A DNA stretch of 43,671 nt from Paramecium tetraurelia (lineage: Eukaryota): NCBI GenBank assembly GCA_000165425.1, contig CT868185.1, positions 496,001-539,671 on the forward strand, read 5' to 3'. Numbering within the stretch: position 1 is the first letter of the stretch; each line of letters begins with the position of its first letter. Positions 25,731 through 36,921 of this stretch are shown here, in pieces. The position numbers and the translations under genes were made by a program. Below the pieces are notes generated by a model. The model did not search any database and was not told the origin of the DNA. It saw only the letters and a program-made list of their open reading frames with translations.

Positions 25731-28700
25731 TCATTCAGATTTTTCTTAAGTTTAAGACACTTAACTACTAACAAGATTTGCTATACCAGAATGCATTAAT
25801 TTCATAGTCATATGAGCTTTCTCTTTCTTTAATTTTGCAACTTAATCCGAGAGTGTTTTATTTTGTTCATTCGAATCATCAATTTAACATCTCAATTCAG
25901 AATTTTCATTTTTCAAATTGTTAATCTAATCTTACAATTCTTTAATTTTCTACTCTAAATTTGATATTTATTTCTTGAAACTATCTTAAAGTTATTAGTT
26001 TTCCATCTTAACTTTATTGATTTGACTCAAATTACTCTAATTCTATGATTACAATAAACTTATTTAATTATCATAACTTTGGGACATCGTTATTTTCTCC
26101 TTTTTTATTTAATTTGCCTACTCTTATAATCTTAAGTTATCCTCTTATAATTTTTATAGTTCTGCATTATTATTAGGTTAAGAAGTAGGTCTCATGGAAC
26201 TTGATTTAGCAATATGGTTTTCTAAATTTTAGTTTATATCACTCAATCTTTGTATATCATCTTCACAAGTTAATAATTAGGATTCTAGATTCTTTATTTT
26301 TGCCAATTAGATATTATTCTATTTATTGTTGATCTTAATTTGATCTTCATAAGTAGTTACTCTCAATTCTAATTCCTTTATTTTGATTTCATAATGCTAA
26401 ATCATTTACTTATTTTAGTTCTAAATATCATCACTAGTTTTTTATTTCAACTCGTAGTCCTTCAATTTCTTCTCATTTTCTTTTAGTCTTTATTCAAGAG
26501 TTTTAATTTAATAATCCTTATCTGTGAAAGATTTATCCGTTTCACTCGATTTGATGTCTCTTTTCATTTAGTTAACTATTGGTGGTTGTTCTTAATTTTT
26601 TTTTTGAAGTGATTGAATTTACTATTCAATTATAAGTTTTTATTCCTCAAAACGCTTTTTATATTAGAAATAAAAATACTTATTGCTATTCTTTTTATTC
26701 TCTTAAGGCCTAATCATATTTATCTTTAATTTCCTTTGAATTTGACTCTAAAATCTCATTTTGATTGATTAATTCAACATTTTTAATCTTTAACTGTTTG
26801 ATTTGCTAAATGATATTTTAATAGAATATACATCCAAAAATTATTATTTTTCATTCGATTAGATTTAATCATTTTATTTTCTTTTTAGAACTTCCTCTTC
26901 AAGGAGCTTTTACTAAAGTTCTTTAACTTATTAGTCTTTTTGTTATTCTATTTGAATGCTCACTTCTACCCTTTATTTCAAGTCTTCATTTTATTATTTT
27001 AGCTGTTTTATCTAATTATTATATTGATCTTATTCTCTATTACTCTTTTCTTCCATTAATTCAAGCTGGGCTTACAATGTTTTAATCTTGTTTTCAAAAT
27101 CTCTGTTAATTTCAAATACTTAATCTAAATGATGTAAAAGCAAGTCCATTTCTTCCTTTTTATAAGCCAACTATTGCTCTAATTATTAATTCTTGTCTGT
27201 CAATTCAGGATAATCCGACCTTCTTGTACTCGCTATTTGATTGTTATTGTTCTAATTGAAATTTCCGATCATTGAATTCAAATCTTAAATCTATTTTGTC
27301 ATTGATAAAGTCTTAGATTATGAATCCTTTGTTAAATTCTAATACGCTGCTTCTTAGTTCATCATAATTTGTTCAAGATTTTCTGCTTTCTTTTTTGCCT
27401 TATTTAACTAATCTACCAAGGTTTTGTTTTCTTGAACCAATATTGCTAACTTTTATTCTAAATATATGATCTGTTACTATTATTAATTAATTTATGATTC
27501 TTTCTAAGATTTAATTATTATATATATATTACATCACAATTCAATTTATTTAGTTTTACTTCATAGTGCTATTGAATTTATTGTTTTTCAATAATACTCA
27601 TTTTTTATACTTCTTCTAATTTACCATTTATATGATGCTGTGCCTTTAATTGTTGATTAGATATAGATTATTTATGAGTTTAATCTAATTCAACAATTTA
27701 TTGACTTAAAATATCATTATGTTATTTTAATTCGATTATCATCTTCTCATATTGTTGCTATTTTTCCAAATTTTAATTTATCATTTATTTTGTATTAGCT
27801 TCATATTTTTCCAAAGAATTATTGTAATTATACTACAACTAATCAAATTCTTTCTACTTTTATACCAAGGTTTGCTAAACAAAACTTAAATCCGTCGTTC
27901 TGATCTCTAAATTGAAAAGAATAATTACATAAATTTTATTAGAGTTCTTTATTTGAAGCCACAAGATTATTAATGAGATCCTCTTGGCTTTAATTGTCTT
28001 TTGATGTAATTGCTAATTTAGCGTTCAAATTATTTATAACAGCCTCATTTTCTGTTCTCAAAAGCACATATTGTTATTTCCAAGTAGATTCTAAAGCATT
28101 TAAATTCTCTTGTGCTTAAAATCTTATTGCTTGCATTTCTCTTTAATGAATCAATGAAGTGTTTGCCATAATTTCATCAAACTATCTTTTATTGTTTACT
28201 TTTTCCTACTCAATAATAATCATTTATTGCTTCAATTAAATGTTGTCTTGTAGGATTACATCGATTTACTTTTGTAACTCTCTAACTCGATCATTAGACT
28301 GTTATAATAACAGTTTTAGCTATTCGAATTACAATTATATTTACATCATTTGCTACCTATTGTAATGGCTACAATTATGCAATCTATCTAAGCAAATCTA
28401 CATTCTATTCTTTTAGATTTCTGTACTGTTGATCATTAATTGGGCTATTTTATACAAATAATTGAATTGGTTATGGAGGTGGGGCAGGTGTCCCTTATTT
28501 AGGTAAATGGGATACACTTTGAGTCATTCTATTATTAGGAGTTTAGTTCTGACTCTATTCAAAAGGTTGTGGGCTTTGTTATTGATTGATACTTGAAGTT
28601 TTAGTGTTTGGTTAAGGATCTTATTCCTGCGCCTTCCCCAATCTATTCAAAAGTTTCGAAATATCACTAAAAAATAATAGTTTTATAATAAGATACTTTT

Positions 28701-28941
28701 GAAATTGCTTTTATTCCTATATAATGGATTATACTTAAAAAAGTTTATCAGAATCCTTTAACTAATTTTTTTCAGCACTTTCTTATTTATTCATGTTTGG
28801 AAAAATCATCTTGTATTGTTTCATTTCATCTTGGTCATCTTGCGAACTAGATCAATCAAATGAATACTCTTTTGGTTTTTGCTGTTTTTAGATTAAAGCA
28901 CTAATATTACTGAGTTTTTCTCCAATAGGTTTTCGTTCCAT
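25731..28941 (-). CDS. Large Q/E/K-rich coiled-coil protein
   Basis: ATG 28941 (MERKPIGEKLSNISALIQKQ), long heptad-like Q/E/K/L stretches, several short introns. TGA 25731-25733. Confidence 0.7.
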
Positions 28942-29029
28942 TTTGAATATCAATTTATTTAAATTAATTATTATGTATTTTAAAATATTGTTATAAAAAT
29001 AAAAGATGATAAATAGTAAATTATTTTTA

Positions 29030-32000
29030 TCAAAATATATCAATACTTTTGATACTTTAGTATCTGTTAGAACTTAATTATTTTAATTAGTTATACATGT
29101 GTGACAATTATTAATCAGATTGTTATTTATTGTAATTAAGAGAATTCTAAATTTGTAATAATATAACAAATTAATTACATTGTCTCGATACTATTCAGAT
29201 TGAAAGTCAACTGAATTTCTTTATTAAGCCATTTCACCAAAAAAGGAATTTTTATGTCTTGTTAGAGATTGAATTGGTAACAATTTTTTTATTTATCTTC
29301 CTTAAGCCTAAAATAACTTAAAAACATACTCTTTCAGGAGAAAACTATTAAATAGGCTGCTATTCTTTGGTTCCTTCAGCTATTTTCTCTAATTTCTTCA
29401 AAATATAACTATCTATTGGAGATTGCAACAAACCTTCGTCACTCTTTTTCAAATATTGAGATGATGACTTCTACTTCAAAGGCAATTTTAAGGGGGAGTA
29501 TAAGTTTACTAAATTGCTTTGAATGGGTTTAATTTACAAAGTAGACATTATATCTGTATCCTATAGTAATTGTTGCGATTCGTTAATTAAGTTCATTTTC
29601 TCCTTTAATTTTTGAATTTTATTGATGCTATCATTTTCAATAGAACTTTCATTTTTACTCTATGTCTTCTGCAATAGTACATTTGGATCAAGATTTCTGA
29701 TATTTCTCCTCTTTCTACTGATGACCCCATTATTAATGGAAGATTTTTCATTCCCAATATATAACCCCAAATTTTAATCAGAAAACATCAAGCCCTAAGA
29801 CTGTAGTTGCTATCTCTATATTTTTTTTTCCTCAATTAAAAAATTATAATAATTCTCTCCCTATTTTGCTAACTCTTATTTATTTTACAATGTGCTGTTA
29901 TTCTTCTTCTATAATTCTTTATTCAACTTCTATATAGAGGTTTATTCCTTTAATAATTTTTTCTTTTTCTAGAAATACAGGGATTCTATTAATGTTAATT
30001 ATTATTGATGATTTTTCATTATTTATATATATTTATTTATACATTTCTGAATAAATTTATGAATAAAATTACAATTGTAATTAAATCAAGTTTCAAATTC
30101 ATTTCCTATCCTCTCATTTTTAAATTCATTTTGCAATATAGGATTAATAATCTACTAATCATTCAGTTTGATTGTATTGAGTTGGTATTTCATATTCTAA
30201 ATCTGTAATTCCTTTTATTGTTCAACACCCTCTTATTAATTAATTTTTCTTTATTGATCCTTAATCTAAGCAGTCAACTCATTAATTCTCTTAGTAAAGA
30301 ATTCAAATTAAGCGTCAGCCTAATATTGAGGTGATGTATTTTTTAATTAAAACAGTTATAATTCTAATTATTTGTTTTTCTTATCCGCAAGATTTAATTT
30401 CTACTCTAATTCCTCAATCAATTACTTTTAAATCACCAATTAATCATAACTATCTAAACATTTCTATTTTATTACCTCTTTATTTGTATTCATTTAAAAT
30501 GTCACTCAATTCTTCCACTCTCTATCTTAAGGCCTTGATTAAAGATGTGACATTAGTTCCGTCAGGGATTATGTATTCTTCTTTCTTTAGTAGTTCTAGT
30601 TCTGTGATAATCTCTTATCTCGACCTCAATAGTTCTTCTACTTCAACCAAATACACTCTTCTTTCCTCAGAAATAATGGCAATTTGTTAGACTAGAAAAG
30701 AAGCAGCTTCCTTTTATTGCTAGTCACCCTGAGCATCAATTATTTGAAGTATCCTTTTATTTAATTCATGGTTTTTCATATCAAATTCTTGATGAAGAGA
30801 TTAAATATTTTGTGTTAATCGGTCGATTTAGTATTTTAAAGCTCTAATTTATTCTTCCTTTCTAGCATTATCCTATAGCAATTGAGTCCATTTCCTATAA
30901 CATTCATTATCTCTGCCTTCCCACTCTATTAATTATTTTTTTAATTAAGTAAGTTCTCTAGAATTCTGTTCAAGCATTTAGATGTGATGTTGAGGACTAT
31001 TAATATTTATAAGAATATTACTTTCCTGAAACATTGGATAGTAATTAAGTAATTTGCTTTTTTTATCCTTAAATTTCTTCATCTTTTAATTATAGTATTT
31101 TCCTTAATTATAGGATTTCAGCCTTCAATATAAATTATTCATTTACATTCTATATTGCTATCTTCTTTCCAATATCTGTAATTTTGTATTCTTCTATTTC
31201 TGCCAATCTAAGTTCATTTTCTTTTCTACATTATTCAAGTTTGGCCTATAAATCCTTAGTAAATGGTTCTACAGATTGGTACTTTGCCTAAAGATGAGTA
31301 TAACTGTAATATACTTATATATTTGAAAACTCGCTTGATAATTTCTCGTATCTGAATTATAAATCAAGAAATGCCTATGACTTTTTATCATAATCTGCCT
31401 ATTATTACAAAACCTATGTCCTTAAATCATTATTTTCTCTGTCTAATTAGGAGATGATTTATTAAGCTGTTTCAATATTTTTATTTTTAATCAGATCCTA
31501 AGTAGTTTCATCAATTTTTTGTTTATCTGCCATCAAAATAGAATCAGGACTGAAATGCTTGATTTGAAATGGAATTTATTATGATGATTATTATTAAATT
31601 ACCGGTGTTTGTTAATTTTGGAATTCTTAATTTTTTTATTTTACGAAATCAACAACTGATATTTTCATGTCTTTAACTGGCTGATTGGGTTTCTTTTATT
31701 TGTATGCCATCTTTGTATCGCTATAAAATGTGTAGAGAATTGGGTATTTTCCAAATTGGATTATGTCTCCACTAAATATTTCAAATTATTGTCCTTTTCC
31801 CACATTAACTCCGTTTACAAATGTTCCATTCAGAGACTGCTTATCAACGATTAAGATTTTATCCTGCACTAATATTTCACAATGTTGTTTCGATATTGAA
31901 GGATGCTATTTTACATAGGATGGCAATTACATCAATCTTGAGGTGACATTTGTCTACTCTGCCAACAACATACACTTTAGATTGAATTTAAATTGGTGAA

Positions 32001-32032
32001 CCGTCTTCGGGCATTAAACATGGATAACTCAT
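29030..32032 (-). CDS. N-terminal FHA domain plus long coiled-coil protein
   Basis: VVGRVDKCHLKID..HPSISKQHCEI...DKQSLNGTFVNG...GDIIQFG is the FHA G-R/S-x-x-H/N-G signature. The 3' end near 29030 assumes a 32-nt terminal intron. Confidence 0.8.
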
Positions 32033-32079
32033 AAAAATAAAATTATTGAATTTATTAAAAAGAAAAAAGAAATTAAAAT
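32033..32079. promoter_or_regulatory. Probable bidirectional promoter (47 bp) between the FHA gene and a hypothetical gene
   Basis: Head-to-head ATGs at 32032 (-) and 32080 (+). The spacer is almost entirely A/T. Confidence 0.5.
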
Positions 32080-33039
32080 ATGTTGAGACCTAGATATATA
32101 TCATATAGTTCAAACATTACTTAAGGCGGATTATAAGCAATCTAACAGTCAGTGAATCAAGAATAATTTAGTAATGTTTAATATTTATCAAGGAAATGGT
32201 AGTAGTACTAAATAGTTAGCATAAAAGTTCGTACCATTTATCAAAGAGAGGGATAGCATGAATCGGTTGGTGACAAAATTGCAATCAATATCACCAGAAA
32301 GGACTGAGAGAAAGAGTTCATGCGGAGTAGTTAACAATAGCAAGGAGAAGTGGAAATAAAATTAGTAGGTTAGGATAAAGAGTCCAACTAAGAAAGTTCT
32401 TATATAGAGTGAGCTTTCATTAAGTAATCTCTAATGATTATATAAGGTAAACAGAGAAGTTTTTCTAATGTTGATAATAAATTGAAATTAATATAGGCCT
32501 ATACGGATAGACTTCATATCAATTAAGATGAATCGATTCAACAGATTAATATGAATCAGGATGACATAAACTTTTAGCTTCAAATGAACAATCAAGAGAA
32601 CATGAAAGTTAATACTCAGAGATCTCCAATTAAACTCAGAGTTGTCAAATAGGATAGTTTACATAGTGATATACTAAACAAGAAGATTTCACATTAGAAT
32701 TCAGAAAAATTGAAATTGTACAACCAATTAGTTGAGAAGCAGAAATTAAATAATAACGGAGAAATTAGAAAAAGCGATATCAAGTTGCCAGCTTTGTTGT
32801 TTAAGCAATACATGAAGGAAATCCTGGATGGGAACCAAAAAATTAAGGAGGTGATCAATTCTTAGGATGAAATTAAATACGAATTTCCTGCTGAATTTGA
32901 ATAAAAGATTATTTAAATGAAGAAGGATGTGAGAAAGATGAAAAATAAATTGAAAAATTGGGAGAAGGACAGAAGAACATCAGAAGACCTAAGGCATTTG
33001 AAAGAAGTTGCTGATTCTATCATTCAAAGGAATGAATGA
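32080..33039 (+). CDS. Hypothetical protein, low-complexity/coiled-coil
   Basis: ATG 32080, short introns, last exon open to TGA 33037-33039 (…DLRHLKEVADSIIQRNE*). Confidence 0.6.
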
Positions 33040-33173
33040 TTTTTTATTTATTTATATATTTATTTATACCGAATTCCCCTTTATTATACAAATAATCATG
33101 AATAAATTTTGTTAAATTAATTACAAATGGATGGTATAATTGCATTTAATCTTATTATTAATTATTATTTGTC

Positions 33174-36100
33174 ATGTCCGACATTGATGAAGAGTCTTCG
33201 AAATTATTCTCGTAAGATTCTATGCAGCAGGACGATGACGACGAACATTAGAGATTAGACAACGATGACATTTGGAAGGTCCTTCAAATGTTTTTTTAAA
33301 CTCATGGATTGGTCTCATAGTAAATAGGCTCGTATGAAAGCTTCGTTGAAAATGTGATCAAATTTGTAAGAGGACATGAAGGTACTTTTGTTGTCAGAGT
33401 CAAACCTCAATACAAAGAAGAAGAGCGGCAAGAAGGTATTATGAAATAAATTCTACTTTAGCTTATCTTGAATACCTATATCAATTCTAAATAACAAGAT
33501 GTTTCATGGGAAAAAAGAATATTCACGTGGATAAATTTGAGGAAGAAATCTTTCCTATGATCGCTCGATTAAGAGATCTTACCTACTCAAGATAACTAAA
33601 AATAGACTTAGAAGTCACGATGTAATAAAGAAATAAAAGGGATGGCACAATAGAAGAGAAAAGTAAACAATAATTTAAAGGACTACCTTTTTTCAAATTG
33701 CCCATAATGGTAAGAAGTAGGTTTTGTTCATTGCAAAAAGATCCGAAGGATGCTGAACTAATATAGCTGAGAATATAAAATGGGGAGTGTGGATTCGATC
33801 AAGGAGGATATTTTATATTAAGAGGATCTGAAAAAGTTATTGTTGCTTAGGAAAGAATTGCAAACAATGTGGTGTTAGTTTTCAAAAGCAAAATAGTCAA
33901 TAAACCATGGGTGGCTGAAATTAGATCATAACCAGACTTATTTTCCAATCCAAATGTCTTTAAAGTTGAACTTCGATATATTTAAAACACTCCTGTTATC
34001 AGATGCAGTGTTAAACAATTCAATTCAACTCAAGGAATACCACTTTTTACTTTATTCAGAGCCTTGGGCATCAGTAGTGATTAAGAGATTTTAGAAAGGA
34101 TCGTTTACAATTTAGAAGATGAATTTATGGGTCCCATGTTAGAAATGTTGTATGGGTCTTTGCAGGAAGGAGGTGAATATGAAGATGAAGAATTATGTTT
34201 GAGATGGATAGGAAATAAAATAAAGAAGGCTGAAAATTAAGATCCTGAAACTTTGATTTAGGAGGCTAAAAAATTGATTAATAAAAATATCTTACCACAT
34301 ATTGGAGTCTCAACTGAAAGTAGAGACAGAAAAGCTTATTTTTTGGGATATATAGTTCATAGACTATTGAATGCATCATTGGGAAAAACAGATTAGGATG
34401 ACAGAGATCATTATGGCAAAAAAAGATTGGACATGGCCGGAGCTATGATGATGGGAGTGTTCAAGACATCATTCGAATAATTTAAATAGAATTCTAAAAA
34501 GGCCTTAGAGAAATACATCAATGGGGGAAGAAGAGGAAGAGGATAACAAACAAAAATAGAGAATATGAGACAGCCCGATGATATTAAATCCTTTTTTGAT
34601 GGAGAATAAATATCCAAAGACATCGACAATGCATTAGCCACTGGAAATTGGGGAAGAAGTAAGGAAGGTTAAGTTGTTAAGACAGGAGTGGCTTAAACTT
34701 TAAAGAGAGAGACATCATTATTTGCAACTCTTAGTCATTTGAGAAGGATGAACGCACCAATTAATCCATAAATGAAATTGAGTAAACCTAGACAATTACA
34801 TAACACTCATTTTGGATTCATCTGTCCAGCTGAAACACCTGAAGGATAAAAAATTGGTATCGTCAAGAACTTATCTTTAATGACTACTGTTTCAAATGAT
34901 TTATAATCAAAAGACAAAGAAACATTGTTAAAATTGATTATGGTTTCTTAATAAAATGACTTTGACTTTATCTTGCTTCAAGGAGATTTCTAAGCCTAAG
35001 ACATACCCAGAATGACGAAAGTATTAGTCGATGGTAATTGGATAGGATTTACTAGAAACCCTGAATAATTCATTCATGAATTCAAAAACCTTAGATCCGC
35101 TGAAGAATCTTACATTCCTATTGAAGTATCCATCAACTTCGATTACGTGAATAAAGAAATTAGAATCTACACTGATGCTGGAAGATGCATGAGACCTTTA
35201 TTTATTGTCCAGAATAATAAATTAAAGTTGATGAAGGGTGTTCTAAATCAAATAAATGATTGGGAAGAATTATTGAAAAATAAATGTGTAGAATTATTGG
35301 ATGTCGAAGAAGAGGAAGGTTCTTTAATAGCCATGGACATAGATATTATGATGAGAGGTACACAGAACTTTAAGAGATACACTCATTGCGAAATACACCC
35401 ATGTATGATGTTTGGTGTTTGTGCATCAGTTATTCCATTTGCTAATCACAACTAAGGGCCAAGGAATACTTTATAAAGCGCTATGGGTAAATAGGCTATG
35501 GGATTGAATTCAACAAATTTCAATATCAGATTTGACACATTGGTTCATATCTTACATTATCCTCAAAAACCCTTAGCATCATCAAGAGCAGTAGATTTTA
35601 TCACAGTTAATGAAGTTCCCATAGGCATAAATTGCGTTACATCAATTGCATGTTTTACAGGGTATAACCAAGAAGATTCAATTATTATCAATTAGTATGC
35701 AATAGACAGAGGATTCTTCCGATCTGTCTTCTATAGAACATATAAAGAATCAGAGGATAAGGATCCTGATAATTTCACTGAAACTAAAATAACAAAACCT
35801 ATTGGTGACAATTTTGCAGGCAAATTATTTATCAAATTAGATAGTGATGGAATTGTACCACCAGGAACTAAAGTAGATGAAGAGGAGCCTATTATAGGAA
35901 AAGAATTAATTATAGATAATATAATGTTGAACACAGCAAACGGTTAAAAAAATACAAAGGAATGTTCATTATTAACAAGGAGAGCAGAAAGAGGAGTTGT
36001 TGATTCTGTTTTGATTAGCGAAAATCAGAAAGGATATAAATTAGTAAAAGTAAAGGTGAGGTCATTAAGAATCCCACAAATCGGAGACAAGTTTTGCAGC

Positions 36101-36893
36101 AGACATGGACAAAAGGGAACTTGTGGAATGACTTATCGACAAGAAGATTTACCTTACACTCTTGTAGGCATTTCTCCAGATTTAACTATCAATCCACATT
36201 GTATTCCATCAAGAATGACCATAGGTAATATTATGTAATGAATGTAGGACATTTAATTGAATGTTTGTCATCAAAATTAGCTTCCATCAAGGGGTAGTTC
36301 AATGATGCTACACCATTTGCATAGATATTAGTAAATGATATTGCTAATGAATTGCATAAAGTTGGATGGCAAAAATGGGGTAATGAGGTTATGACGAATC
36401 CCTACACGGGTAATATGTTTTCAATTCCTATTTTTGTTGGACCTACTTATTATTAGAGATTAAGACATTTAGTAGATGATAAGATGTATGCAAGATCGAG
36501 AGGACCTGTAACTGGAATCACCAGATAACCTACTCATGGTAGGAGTAGAAAGGGAGGATTAAGATTCGGTGAAATGGAAAGAGATTGCATTATTTCACAT
36601 GGTAATATACATTAAATTTTATTATAGGCACTGCTAAATTTTTAAAGGAAAGGACATATGATGTATCAGATGCATTCAGAGTTCACGTTTGTTCTAAATG
36701 TGGAATGTTTGCTGTTGCTAATTTGGAAAATCAAGAATTCTACTGCAATTTATGCAAAAATCAAAATAATCAAAATAAAATTTATTAAGTTCAAATGCCA
36801 TATGCAGCAAAGACCCTAATTTAAGAGCTGATTTCAATGAATATTGCTCCGAGATTGAAATTTGATTAATCGAAAATGAAACATGAAATTTGA
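33174..36893 (+). CDS. RPB2: DNA-directed RNA polymerase II second-largest subunit, divergent
   Basis: [96 protein letters not shown]-terminal CSKC..CNLC zinc site. Introns 33436-33461, 36225-36247, 36602-36627. TGA 36891-36893. Confidence 0.97.
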
Positions 36894-36921
36894 TATATTA
36901 TTTAGATAAATTGATATATAA

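Noticed and set aside
30005..30690. Hydrophobic plus-strand ORFs resembling membrane proteins
   Set aside because: Antisense shadows of the Q/E/K-rich FHA coiled-coil gene.
34411..35934. Minus-strand ORFs 34411-34641 and 35731-35934
   Set aside because: Antisense to RPB2, with no independent motifs.
33174..36893. Possibility that the polymerase subunit is RPC2/RPA2 or viral
   Set aside because: Pol II-type signatures ([50 protein letters not shown]) and host-type introns and genetic code.
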